A DNA stretch of 63,745 nucleotides, the filler included, from Octopus bimaculoides (taxonomy: Eukaryota): assembly GCF_001194135.2 (NCBI RefSeq). It is 6 parts of 5 records of this genome, joined end to end, with 100 filler letters (N's around TTAATTAATTAA, not from the genome) between each part and the next. Parts side by side here need not be neighbours in the genome. Positions count along the whole stretch, not along the records: positions 1 to 16,632 come from NC_068988.1; positions 16,733 to 29,228 come from NC_068988.1; 4 more parts are not named here. One strand, given 5' to 3'. The translations under genes and the position numbers were made by a program. Position 1 is the stretch's first letter. The number at the start of each line of letters is the position of its first letter. The notes under the pieces were generated by a model. That model was not told the DNA's origin and made no database searches. It worked only from the letters and a program-made list of their open reading frames with translations. Below, piece by piece: positions 13,223-26,241 of this stretch.

Positions 13223-14466
13223 GGAATAAAGAATAAAGAGAAGAGAGTAAATATAATTTTAAATAAAAAGACCACAAATCTTGTTATTACAGCTACCCAG
13301 GTATGCTTTTCTTGATGGTGTCTGATCCCCTTCATCGTTTGAGTTGCAACGTGGTGGTTCTTCTCTAAATTATTACTATATTTTTCATTATATAATTCAA
13401 TTTGATATTATTAAATTGAATATCCTTGTAAGTTCGGATTTTGACATTCCCTAACATTATAATATTTATATATATATNNNNNNNNNNNNNNNNNNNNNNN
13501 NNNNNNNNNNNNNNNNNNNNNNNNNNNNNNNNNNNNNNNNNNNNNNNNNNNNNNNNNNNNNNNNNNNNNNNNNNNNNNNNNNNNNNNNNNNNNNNNNNNN
13601 NNNNNNNNNNNNNNNNNNNNNNNNNNNNNNNNNNNNNNNNNNNNNNNNNNNNNNNNNNNNNNNNNNNNNNNNNNNNNNNNNNNNNNNNNNNNNNNNNNNN
13701 NNNNNNNNNNNNNNNNNNNNNNNNNNNNNNNNNNNNNNNNNNNNNNNNNNNNNNNNNNNNNNNNNNNNNNNNNNNNNNNNNNNNNNNNNNNNNNNNNNNN
13801 NNNNNNNNNNNNNNNNNNNNNNNNNNNNNNNNNNNNNNNNNNNNNNNNNNNNNNNNNNNNNNNNNNNNNNNNNNNNNNNNNNNNNNNNNNNNNNNNNNNN
13901 NNNNNNNNNNNNNNNNNNNNNNNNNNNNNNNNNNNNNNNNNNNNNNNNNNNNNNNNNNNNNNNNNNNNNNNNNNNNNNNNNNNNNNNNNNNNNNNNNNNN
14001 NNNNNNNNNNNNNNNNNNNNNNNNNNNNNNNNNNNNNNNNNNNNNNNNNNNNNNNNNNNNNNNNNNNNNNNNNNNNNNNNNNNNNNNNNNNNNNNNNNNA
14101 TATATATATATATATACACCCACACACACACACATAGAAGGAGAGAGAATGAGAGAGAGAAGGAGAGAAAAGAGTGTGTAGGTGGCTGTGAAGGGTAAGT
14201 AGCAGTGTCAATTTAGTGGTCAGTGATGTAGAACTAAAGTAAGAAAATATTGGAATGTAGTATCTCTGGGGAGCAGGGATGAAGAAGGCAGGAGACTGAC
14301 AGATGAGGTGTTTAATGGTGGGTAAAAGGTTGGGGTTAAAAACATAGTGCTGGACAGTGGAGCAGAACTTTGTGCATGTCAAAAGGGGAGGGCAGGATGA
14401 CACAGAACTAAAACAAACAAAACATGTAAAATGGTGGGCAGTGGGGGAAGGGTCTGAATAATATCC

Positions 14467-14498
<32 letters not shown>

Positions 14499-14922
14499 AA
14501 TGATGTTGGTAGTGGTAATGATGTTGACAATCATGATGACGATGCCGATGGTGATTATGATGATGATGATGATGATGATGTTGGCAATAGTTGTGATAAT
14601 GATGGTGGTGATAAAATAATATTAATGATGATTTCTTGTTTGTCAGCAGCAGCAGTGGTGGTGGTGGTGGTTTCAGATTTTGACCCAAGGTCAGCATTTC
14701 TAGGGAGAGTGGGTCAGATGATCATATTGACCCACTGCTTGCTTGATACTTGATTTACTGACTCTGAAAGGATGAAAGGCAAAGTTGATCTCAACAGCAT
14801 TTGAACTCAAAACATAAGGAGCAGGAAAAAATATCACTAAACGTTTCGTTTGGCATGATAATGATTCTGTTGGTTTAATAATAATAACAATAATAATAAT
14901 AATAATAATAATAAAAATAATA

Positions 14923-15098
14923 ATATACGAAGCCCAGTATACCCATCATGACTACCGGTCTGATAAGGGTACACCAGGCACATGGTTGTGATGCGTGTGC
15001 CTGGTGTACCCTTATCAGATGGGTAGTCGTGATGGGTATACTGGGCTTCATATATTTTACCCCAGTGTCACTTTGATGGCATGCACTGCTCTCTCACT
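14923..15098. repeat. Foldback hairpin element (about 59-bp arms) embedded in (AAT)n
   Basis: 14923-14981 is the reverse complement of 14997-15055 with 4 mismatches and a 15-nt loop; sequence continues to CTCTCTCACTC then (AAT)n. Confidence 0.85.
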
Positions 15099-15099
15099 C

Positions 15100-15134
<35 letters not shown>

Positions 15135-15136
15135 TA

Positions 15137-15171
<35 letters not shown>

Positions 15172-15469
15172 AATAATAATGATTCAATTACATCAATCCC
15201 GTGTTTAACTAGTACTTATTTTATTGGCCCTGAAAGTATGAAAGACAAAGCAAACCTAGGCAGGATTTGAACTCAGAACATAAAGACAGATGAAATGCCA
15301 TTAAGCCTTTTCTACCATCGGCACAAAGCCTGATAATTGGGAGGAATATGTAAGTCGATTACATCATCCCCAGCGCTTGAATGGTATTTATTTTATCAAT
15401 CCTGAAAGGAGGAAATGCAAAGGCGTCTTGGTGGAATTTGAACTCAGAACATGAAACCAGAAGAAAATA

Positions 15470-15830
15470 ATGATGATGATGATGTGGAGGAGGAGGATGA
15501 CTGGTGGTGGTGGTGGTGGTAGTGGTGACAATGATGATGATAGTGATGATGATGGCGAGGAGAATGAGGAAGACAATGGCAGCATTGATGCCAATGCTGA
15601 TGTTAATGATGATGACGATGATGATATCAATGATAATGATGATGGTGATTATGGCTGGTAGTGGTGGTGGCGATAGTGGTGATGATGATGAAGATGATGG
15701 TGATGATAAAGACAGCGGCGATGAAGATGGCGGTGATGATGATAGTGGTGATGTCGATGATAATGACAGTGATGGTGATGACAGCGATGGTGATGACAGC
15801 AATGGTAATGATAATGACAGCAAATCAACC
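15470..15830. repeat. GAT/GGT trinucleotide low-complexity tract (similar tracts 14468-14670, 31420-31690, 32752-32890, 63270-63660)
   Basis: Direct inspection. Confidence 0.9.
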
Positions 15831-16676
15831 CTGACAGATGACTGGTACTAAATCTACTAAAGAGAGTAAAAAGAGCAAGAGATAAATGACACACAGTCAA
15901 CAGCACTGGAATTGGAAGTTACAACGTAAAAGAAACAGATCTAAATATTGATTATTTTTTTGTTACAATGGTACGGATGGCATAATGGCACAGATTTCTC
16001 AGCAATAGGTACACACAGTCAATTGAATCGACCCAGATACTTGCCTGCATCTTATTTTATTGATTTTGGGAAAAGATGAAAGGCAAAGTCCACTCCACCA
16101 CTGTTTGAACCCAGAACATGAAGGAATGAAGCTAAATATTTTTGCTATTCATGAAAAGAGGAATTTTTAGTCTGCTGATCACAGTGAGTTTCACTTTCAC
16201 TTTCAGCCTTGTCAGGTCAAAACAATGCATTATGGGAACAGTGGTAATGTAAGTGATGCTACTGCTGCTGCTGTTGTTGTTAAGCCCCGGGTCAGTTCTG
16301 ATTGAGTGTGAGCATCCTGTCATTTCCTAATAAATAGGGGTTGAGTCAGGGCCATGTTCTTTTCTAATGACGCTAAAGTGTAATTTGAGAAAAATTTGGG
16401 CTACTATTTCTAGCATGCTGAGAGACGACACAGAAGCCCATCATTTTAGTTCATGATGTGGAACTGTAAGTCCAACAGTGTAGCATAATGTAGTAATGTC
16501 ATACGATTGTGGGGCAGTGGTACTGTAGGAGTACGGTGCAATGGTATGGAGGGAGGAGTGTGGGGATGCAGTAGTGACACTGGAGTATGATACAGTAGGA
16601 GAATGATGGTGGTGGTGGTGGTGGTGGTGGTGNNNNNNNNNNNNNNNNNNNNNNNNNNNNNNNNNNNNNNNNNNNN

Positions 16677-16688
16677 TTAATTAATTAA
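16677..16688. other. Artificial scaffold-join marker TTAATTAATTAA between N runs (also 29273, 34185, 43094, 59873)
   Basis: Identical 12-mer with stops in all six frames, each time flanked by short N runs of similar length. Confidence 0.85.
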
Positions 16689-16740
16689 NNNNNNNNNNNN
16701 NNNNNNNNNNNNNNNNNNNNNNNNNNNNNNNNTAAATATA

Positions 16741-16778
<38 letters not shown>

Positions 16779-17279
16779 TACACGTATGTATACATATATA
16801 TAAACATACATACATATATACATATGAATGTATGTATGTATGCATGCATGTATGTTCGTATTTATGCAAGTATGTATCTATGTATGTATGTATGTTTGTA
16901 AGTATGTATGCATGCATAATTTGACAAAAGTAGTATAAACAGGTAAAGAACTGGTACGAGGTTAAATTATGACATTTATATTTTAAAACGTAATGATTAA
17001 GTTGTTACATGATAATAAATCAAGCGAAGGAAGGAAGTAATAAGATGTACAGAATGTCTTTTACAGCTGTTTCAGGAACAGATGGTGCAGAAAGTTCATT
17101 TTGTGCAAAACAAATCGGAGGTAACCATATAGCAACGATCAATTCTATTATCGGAAAATACTTATATATATATATATATATATATAATAATTTAGGGTAT
17201 CTAAGGGATACCACCATGCTTGAAATAGCAGTCAAACTTTAACTCTAAAAGCCACATTTAATAACTTCTTACGTACTTG

Positions 17280-17700
17280 AACAAGGAAAGACATGCACTG
17301 CAGAAATTATCTTTGCAAGCTGTGTGCATGCCCATGGGTGAGAAAAGCTACATATTTCTTTGTATATCACTGTATGTAACACTCAAATCGCCAAATAAAT
17401 TAGCCAACAGAAAACATTTCACAAATTAACTACAGATGCCGGAGAAAACAAAAATACACCGTGCAACCTACAGTCTCATAACTATAACTTCAGAAGTCAA
17501 ATCGGAGAAAAAAGTATCGTATATGAAAACAGTACTGCAAAAGAGAGAAACCGATAAAAAAAAAAACTATATCGGAGCAACAAGTGGAGCTTTCAGGCTT
17601 AGATACACCCAACACATGCAGTAATGTTTATAGAACGGAATGCAGCAAGACACATTTGTGACTCAAAAGAAATTGTTAAGTGTGTTTTCTATGAGTCCAA
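17280..17700 (+). mobile_element. Degenerate Penelope-like GIY-YIG endonuclease fragment
   Basis: KIHRAT...NYIGATSGAFRLRYTQH matches the PLE YIGxTxxxFKxRYxxH motif; upstream CMP and YRCRRK remnants. Confidence 0.65.
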
Positions 17701-17858
17701 GTCCATGCGTTTGTAATGTGAGTGTATGTTATGCATTCATGTATGTACACATATATGAATATCTGTACGCAATTTGTATGCTTATATGTGTGTATGCATA
17801 GATATTGTATGAGTATGCATGCAAGTGGGTATGTTTGACTTGGTTTTATCGTCTGCTA

Positions 17859-17904
<46 letters not shown>

Positions 17905-17959
17905 TACTTATATATAAATATAGATATAAACATATATACATATGTGTATGTGTGTGTGT

Positions 17960-18024
<65 letters not shown>

Positions 18025-19306
18025 CTATAACGTAATTTTATTTGGAAAACAGTATATTAAATAATTTAGCATGAATCAACATGAAAGGTCAAGCAAGATT
18101 GTGTTTTCATAATGTGCCGCTTCTCCAGGCAATGAATCTTTGGATAATTCTTCAGCAATATGCCACCAAAAGTATAGCGGCATATGACAATTTAGTGAAA
18201 GAGTAGAATAATATAGACTTCTTCGTTGAAGGAATTTAGAAATATTGAGCAAGTTACCAATGAAATCCATTAATTTCGCATGGAAAATTGATTCATTATT
18301 TCCTTTCTTCTGGCGAGGAGTGGTCAGAATTTAGTTCCTTAATGAATCACTGAGAGAAGATGATTAATTACCATAGACAATATCTATCGTTCTTATCAAT
18401 AAGAAGTGCCTGCAGCTTTTTAATGGACTTTATATCGGAAGAAACTGCGCTAGTAATATTATCTAAATCGTTGTTAGAATGTTAAGACAAAAGGATAGAT
18501 AATTTTACATTATTTTAATGTCTACGGAGTCTACAGTAGCTGGGTGATAACGTCTGTAGGAGGAAGCCCCGTATGCGCATATGCGCAAACACACGCATAC
18601 GCGCGGATATGCAGACGCCCTTATTAACAGAGAATTAAGTTAGAAATAAAACAATTAGTTTGTATTAATAGTTTAAGAAACATTAAGGCGGTGAACTAGC
18701 AGGATCATTAGCACTCCGAGCAAAAGGCTTATAGATATTTCGTCCGTCCTCACATTCTGAGTTTAAATTCCGTGGAGGTCGATTTCACTTTTCATCTTTT
18801 TGGGGTCGATAAAATAAGTACCAGTAGAGTACTGGGCTCGCTATAATGGACTGGCTCCCTACCACCCAATGTTCAGGCCTTCTGTCTATAGTAGAAAGGA
18901 ATATTTCAAGGAATATTAAAGCGGCTAGCTGGTAGAATCATCAATATGCCGGACAAAGTGCTTAGTGGCATTTCGTCCGTCATCAAGTTCCGCGGAGGTT
19001 GACATTGCCTTTCGTCTTTACGTGGGTAGATAAAATAAATACCAGTTCGGTATGGCGGGCGGGGTCGATGTAATTGATTTTACCCCTACCCCTAAAAATA
19101 CTGACCTTGTGCCAAAATTTGAAACCAATATTATTGTCTTTTTATTCTTTTACTTGTTTCAGTCATTTGACTGCAGCCATACTGGAGCACCGCTCTTTAG
19201 TCGAACAAATCGACCTCAGGACTTATTCCCTGCAAGCCTAGTACTTATTTTGTCGGACTCTTTTGCCGGACCGCTACGTTACAGGGACGTAAACCATATT
19301 AACATC

Positions 19307-19805
19307 AGTTTATTTTTATAACGTGCTTTCACTTCACTACCGAGCGCTGCTCTGTGTTCCTTGGGTATGTGCTGTGTTTTGCTGTGATGCTCTTATGGTT
19401 ACTGTATTGAAAGTGTTTTGCGTAGTATATGTGCAGTGCCTAGTAGTGCAATTTTCTGAATGTTATATATATTTGTAAGTCCTGGTGTTTTTGTTATGTA
19501 TTTGTCTGAATATTTTTTATTATACCTAAGGCGCTTACTATGATAGGAATTGTTTCTGTTTTTAGATTTCACATTCGAGCTACCTCTATTTCCAGGTCTT
19601 TGTATTTTGAAAGCTTCTCCATTTCTTTTAGGGAAACGTTGTCATCTGCTGGTTTTGATACATCAATTAGAAAGCATTTTTTTTTCCGTCATGATCTTTG
19701 ACAACTATATCTGGCCTATTGGCCTTAATTTCTCTATCTGTGTGTATTGGCATATCCCAGAATATGGTTGCTTTCTCGTTTTCTGTGACCTTTTCTGGCG
19801 TAAAA
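19307..19805 (-). mobile_element. R4/Dong-clade non-LTR retrotransposon 3' end (restriction-like endonuclease and 3' UTR), 5'-truncated
   Basis: PEKVTENEKATIFWDMPIHTDREIKANRPDIVVKD...FLIDVSKPADDN...EKLSKYKDLEIE...IPIIVSALG...IQKIALLGTAHILRKTLSIQ*, stop at 19401-19399. Confidence 0.85.
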
Positions 19806-20280
19806 GGTGAGTAATCTACCTCGATGTTAATAATTACCGTGTGGCTGCGAATATAAATTTGTGTATATTTAATCACTTATACTCACTACATTGGTATGTT
19901 AATTCAATAAATTTATTATGGCTTTAACAGTCTGATTCATAATTACTTTCTCGACCCTTTCAGTTCAATTTTACTTTGAATTCTAATTCAAAAAGACAGA
20001 ATTAATTGTTTTTGAATTTATATTTGATTCATTTCATAATTAAACACATATACGCAACTCTGGTCTGAACAAATATATTAATTAATACTTATTATTCTTA
20101 ATGAATAATTTGTAAAACATAACCCAATCGCTAGTCCTAATAAAAAATAATATTAATATTAATTTGTTTAACATTACTCTATGTCTGTTTCTTCTAAGGA
20201 CGGCTTAGTTGCTTCTAGTTTATCCTGTTGCTGATTAATTTTTCTTCTATCTTGATAAATTTAAATATTCCTTAACATAG

Positions 20281-20620
20281 GCGCAAGAGTGGCTGTGTGG
20301 TAGGAAGCTTATGGTAAGGCGGCGAGCTGGCAGAAACGTTAGCACGCCGGGCAAAATGCTTAGCGGTATTTCGTCTGCCGCTATGTTCTGAGTTCAAATT
20401 TCACCGAGGTCGACTTTGCCATTCATCCTTTCGGGGTCGATAAATTAAGTACCAGTTACGCACTGGGGTAGATGTAATCGACTTAATCCCTTTATCTGTC
20501 TTTGTCCCCTCTGTGTTTAGCCCCCTGTGGGCAATGAAGAAATAAGAAGCTTGCTTCTCAACCACATGGTCTTAGGTTCAGTCCCACTGCGTGGGAAGTG
20601 TCTTCTACAATAGCCTCGGG
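20281..20620 (+). mobile_element. SINE B head interrupted by a complete SINE A copy (20311-20542) with 10-bp TSD
   Basis: TAGGAAGCTT 20301-20310 and TAAGAAGCTT 20543-20552 flank the insert; SINE B resumes at GCTTCTCAACCACATGG. Confidence 0.8.
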
Positions 20621-21660
20621 CAAACGTCAGAAAATATTCGCCTTTAAAACTTGGTCTGAACTACAAAGAGCAATTAGCACGAATATTTGACGCTGCAATT
20701 TCGACTGCAGTAACAATAAAAATTGTAGTAGAGACCATGCAATGATAACCCAAAGAAAACAACAAAAAAGTGACCAGAAAATAACTTACAGGAAAGAATG
20801 CCAATTTAGCGTTTTGAGATGAAAAACGAAACAAAACAAAAAACTATGTGTTTTGAAAGCCATTTTGTTTTTAGTGAAGGCAGATGCGAAATAAAAATTA
20901 GGAATTCGGTGACGTAAAGAATTGAGTGAAAGAGTTTATGTTGATTAAATCGACATTAAATGATTGGCCGGTCACTGAATTCTCAAAGGAAAAGCGATAA
21001 ATTTATAAACACTTTTATGAAATAAAACAAAAACAAAAACAAAAAAATTATTGCGACGTCAACACGCAGAGACAAGAGACGCCTGACCAGTGGAAAACGA
21101 TAAACAGTGCATGGATGTCAATGTTTCTGCACAGCATTCAATATTATAGTTCATTAATACAGATGAAAGAAGCATCAAACTCATACAACTGCATTAATAT
21201 GATCCACTAAAAAGACTTCAATGCGATGAAGATCAGTATGGCCTCTGTCCAGTGGTTTCTATTATTAAAAGCAGGAAATAGTATAGTTCCTGGACAATGC
21301 ACTTAGTCACTGCTTGCTAGAATCAGCTACAAATTTCCCTCAAATTACGCCCTGCATTCTTGAAAAGGAATAAGGAACAAAGATAAAATCATTCTAGGTG
21401 CATATTGCTAAAACAATGAAAAATGGAACATCATAATGTCGATATCGCAATGGTTTGAAATCTCTTGATAAAAGGCCGGCTCCATTGAGGCAGTCGTAGG
21501 GCTCAGCAACAATAACAGGAACAACTCTAATGCTTCAGAACAAAAAATATTTAGTCACAATAAAGTAATTGAATATCATTATAAATTTCTGCATCAGTTT
21601 ACTGTCGTTTAATGGTAAGCCATCTCTACTAAAAAGCAACAATAATGATAATAATAATAG

Positions 21661-22005
21661 TTGTTGTTGGCACTCCGTCGCTTACGACGTTGAGGGTTCC
21701 AGTTGATCCGATCAACAGAACAGCCAGCTGTACCCTTAACGTAGTTCTCGGGGATATTCAGCTTGACACAGTGTGACAAGGCTGACCCTTTGAATTAGAG
21801 GCACAACAGAAACAGGAAGAAAGAGTGAGAGAAAGTTGTGGTGAAAGAGTCCAGCAGGGTTCGCCACCATCTCCTGCCGGAGCCTCGAGTAGATTTTTAG
21901 GTGATTTCGCTCAATAAACACTCACAACGCCCGGTCTGGGAATCGAAACCGCGATCCTATGACCGCGAGTCCGCTGCCCTAGCCACTGGGCCATTGCCCC
22001 TCCAC
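21661..22005 (-). mobile_element. tRNA-derived SINE family D, between AAT repeats
   Basis: A box TGGCCCAGTGG and B-box-like GGTTTCGATTCC in the head at the 22005 end; 3' body shared with 12891-13222. Confidence 0.75.
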
Positions 22006-23202
22006 AATAATAATAATAATAATAATAATAANNNNNNNNNNNNNNNNNNNNNNNNNNNNNNNNNNNNNNNNNNNNNNNNNNNNNNNNNNNNNNNNNNNNN
22101 NNNNNNNNNNNNNNNNNNNNNNNNNNNNNNNNNNNNNNNNNNNNNNNNNNNNNNNNNNNNNNNNNNNNNNNNNNNNNNNNNNNNNNNNNNNNNNNNNNNN
22201 NNNNNNNNNNNNNNNNNNNNNNNNNNNNNNNNNNNNNNNNNNNNNNNNNNNNNNNNNNNNNNNNNNNNNNNNNNNNNNNNNNNNNNNNNNNNNNNNNNCT
22301 ACGTTACGGTGACGTAAACACACCAGCATCGGTTGTCAAGCGATGTTGGGGAGGACAAACACAGACACACAAACATATACATACAAATAGCATATATTAT
22401 ATACGACAGGCGTCTTTCAGTTTCTGTCTACCAAATCTACTCACAGGACTTTGATTGGCTCGAAGCTATAGTAGAAGACACGTGCCCAAGGTGCTACGCA
22501 TTGGGAACCATGTGGTTCGGAAGCAAGCTTCTTAGCACACAGCCACGCCTGCGCCTGTATATCATATATCATATAAAACAGATATCCACAGAGTTTCACC
22601 CACAAGTTATCGGTAGGTCGAGTGCTATAGGAGAAGGTACTTGCCCAGAATGCTGTGTTCTGGGACTGAACAGGAAACCAGGCGATTGCCAAGTGAGATT
22701 CTTAACCACAAGGCATTTTTTTGTTGAATTTGCGATAATGACAATCACGATGGCAACAACGACAAAGACGACGATGAGTAGGAGGAGGAGAAGAAGGAGG
22801 AAGAGGAAGAAATGAGAGGACTAAGCTTGAAATCTAGCGAATTGGTTTGCATATGTGCTATGCATTATAGACTTTCACCCCATTCCTGATGCGTCTACCT
22901 ATATGGAAGCAAAAACCAATGCTTGTAAAAGAATACATACATACATGCTATAACTGTCTAAACTTAATGGTTTACGTCCATTGTTCCAAGCTAGCATGAG
23001 ATGAATGGTTGTGCAAATAGGATGCATTGAATATTCCACAGGAAAATTAAACACTATCTGGTTCTTAAAATAAATACACTATATCGAACAATATACCACA
23101 TAGAATATATACGCATATGTGTATATGTGTGTGTGCATGTGCGTGTATATATATGGGTATATAAATATATATATACGTATCTACGTATGTGTATCTATGT
23201 AT

Positions 23203-23233
<31 letters not shown>

Positions 23234-23323
23234 ATGTGTGTGTGTGTGTATACCTACATTATATATGTGCTTGTGTGAATGCATGCACATGTATGTATCT
23301 CTCTGTCTATTTATTTATCTATC

Positions 23324-23360
<37 letters not shown>

Positions 23361-23396
23361 GGCTACCTATTTCTCTCCCTTCTCTCTATGTATATA

Positions 23397-23430
<34 letters not shown>

Positions 23431-23549
23431 NNNNNNNNNNNNNNNNNNNNNNNNNNNNNNNNNNNNNNNNNNNNNNNNNNNNNNNNNNNNNNNNNNNNNN
23501 NNNNNNNNNNNNNNNNNNNNNNNNNNNNNNNNNNNNNNNNNNNNNNNAG

Positions 23550-23990
23550 AGGGTTTTATATACTAATGTATAGTGAAAAAAAAACTGTTTTGTATATAAT
23601 AAGCATATTATAAAATGTTTAATAAAAGTCTTCTTTTATATATACTAAATGTATTTGTAAAAGTCGATTTTTTTATAGTAAATATATAGTAAAAAAAAGA
23701 TCTTATTTTCTTACCATACAAGTCTAGTGGAATGTCTAGTAAAAAGTTCGTTTTATAAATTAAATGTGTCTAAAAGTATGATTTATATACTCAATGTATT
23801 TGAAAAACCGTATTATGTTTATTAAATGCGTAGTAAGTGACAATATGCTTCACAATAAACCTATAGCAAAATGTTTCATAAAAGTCTGCTTCATATACTA
23901 ATCGCATGATTCATATGAATTTAAAAAGGCTTCTTTATGTAGTAAAACGTATAGTAAGCATGTGGTTTGTGTACTAAATGGAGGAGGGGA
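23550..23990. repeat. Degenerate AT-rich about 30-bp minisatellite
   Basis: Repeated TTTATATACTAAATGTATAGTAAAAAG-like units. Confidence 0.55.
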
Positions 23991-25059
23991 GAAAATTAAA
24001 GAAATAAAAGCACACACTCTAGAGATATTTTGCGCAAGTCCAAACTAAATACTTTTAGGTAGCGTGAATGTTTCAGTTCAAACGATTTTGTCATCTTATT
24101 TAGCCTTAAGTTAACACTGGTTGTGCAAACGTAAGATCAAATATATCCAAAGTAAGACTGTCTTTCTATTCCTTCATGCATAGTAACTCATAGACTTTAA
24201 TATATCCATTTTTAAAACGGTATCTGTCAAGAGTGTCATGGTAGTTATTTAGCTATAAGGTATGTACGTAGTTATATGAATTGCGGTTTTGAGGTCTGAT
24301 ATATTATGTCCTCTGTTAAATGAATCCAGGATGGATAATAATAAACATATTCAAAGACAAGTTGTAATTGACCGCAAAGAAATATTTATTACTAGCGCTA
24401 AAATTAGATACAGCACACTGGTAGGACATTAATAATTGTCAAAACATTGTATAGTTTTAAATACTCATAAAAATGATGATAGAAAGATTAGAAAAACCTG
24501 AAGTACAGTATCACAAAAATTCTGGTTAGAATTTTATTTAAATATTGGTAAGACGCGAGGCATAACGTCAAGAATTCTGGTTTGAATTCTGTTCAAGCTG
24601 AAAACTGCTAAGTGAAATCAAACTGTTCTCACATCAAAGTCCCAGGTCGCTCGTAGCAAATCTCTCCTCCCTAGGGACTTGGCGGGCCAAAACATGCCAC
24701 GTTATAGCTAATAAACAGACGCTAGGCGAGTTCATCACATTAAAGGGGTGGACGGTCCAAGTAAAACTAAATGGCTCCGACTATCACGTGGTGAACCAAA
24801 ATGGATAGTTAAAAGTAAAAAGTCATAATGTGGGCAGCTAAAGTTCAAGAGTGATCATTCTTTCGTTACAATTACATTGATTGTCACATTAACTAAAATT
24901 GACTCACATTCTGAATATCAAACTAATGTTCTCTCGTAGATACGAGAACTCTTGTCGGTTAGACACTCTCACATACCGTCTTTTTTCAGAAAGAAGTTCG
25001 TTGAATTGTGTTGCCACTCAAACTAAAAACCACAACAGTGTTCTGTTACACTGGCTAGG

Positions 25060-25500
25060 AAACTGTTATATAACGCCACTTGTCCGTATCGGGGCAGAAA
25101 TGCAGACAATTTACAGGGCAATGGAGAAGAAGATAGAGGCGCTTGAGATGTGGATAGTTTGAAATGTGGATTGGGCAGGGTTAGCAGGAAATACAGGATA
25201 ACAAACGCTGCTATACTAAAAAAGAAATCTCAAGCTGCTGACAGGAATGAAGTCCACAAAGCTTTCATATTTTGGACTTATACGAGTCACTACCCAAGAC
25301 CATTCTTTCAGAAAGTGTGGGGTGGGGGAAAGAGCCAGAAGTTGTCAAAGATGTTTGCGAACTGACGAAGAATGGATTGTAAATATGGTCCAAGTAATTG
25401 CATGCATGCAGCACAGCATAAAGGAAGCTGGAGAGTCTTGGCAAGCCGACCATTAGACATAGAGAGGGCAATGAACTGAGAAATGATGATAATCACAAGC
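25060..25500 (+). mobile_element. RTE-clade LINE 3' end
   Basis: PLVRIGAEMQTI..EKKIEALEMW...TN..IL...MKSTKLSYFGLI, followed by a GAT-repeat tail. Confidence 0.7.
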
Positions 25501-26208
25501 GTTTCAGAATTCACGCCAGTTCTACCTGTTATCGCTTAAGAGTTTGTTATCACTACGCTTTCAACTTTGCTCCAAACCAAACAGCAAAATATCCGGCATA
25601 TTTCTAACTGTCAATGCTATGTCAGAACAGCAGTTTCTTTTCATATCAAGCACAGTAATACAAACTTCTGGAAGCATTAGTTATTTCCAACTCTTCAATT
25701 AAAGAATTTTTCATATTTTAATGCTGTAATTTACCACACCTGTTCCTCCTTCAAACAACTACTTGTAACTTCAACATTAGCAGACTTTTCTTCATTTTGC
25801 GTTTTTTTAAAAATATGCTTATAACATTTAACGTGTCGTCTGACGCTATCGTCTGTTTTATCTTTGCTGTCTTTACGTGCTGAATTGTCGATAAACTAGC
25901 ATTTTACCGACAATGAATCTTTTCTTTGTGACGCCATGTATTTAGCTCTTACATGTATGTTGAATTTTCGTCACATATCTATCTTAATGTTATGCAAATA
26001 CAAGCTTCTATTATTATTTTGCATTTTGCAACATTTTGCATAGCTGTAAGATATTTTCATTTTGACTAGATCATATTCTAAACTTGTTCACGTTATTTGA
26101 AATGGCAATTTTTGTTTGAAACTTATTCAATCAAATACCTTCTGTTTATAATATTTTGTACTTCCTTGTTTAGCATGGCCAAAGGATTTTCTCTTCTGTT
26201 ACAATTTA

Positions 26209-26241
<33 letters not shown>

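Noticed and set aside
13411-14697. His-rich 428-aa ORF and other poly-His/Asp/Ile/Leu ORFs (15359-15906, 31377-31700, 63072-63565)
   Set aside because: Translations of GAT/GGT/ATT microsatellites with no domain content or splice structure.
16677-16688. TTAATTAATTAA repeated five times as a possible regulatory or recombination site
   Set aside because: Always centred in N padding; an artificial scaffolding linker.
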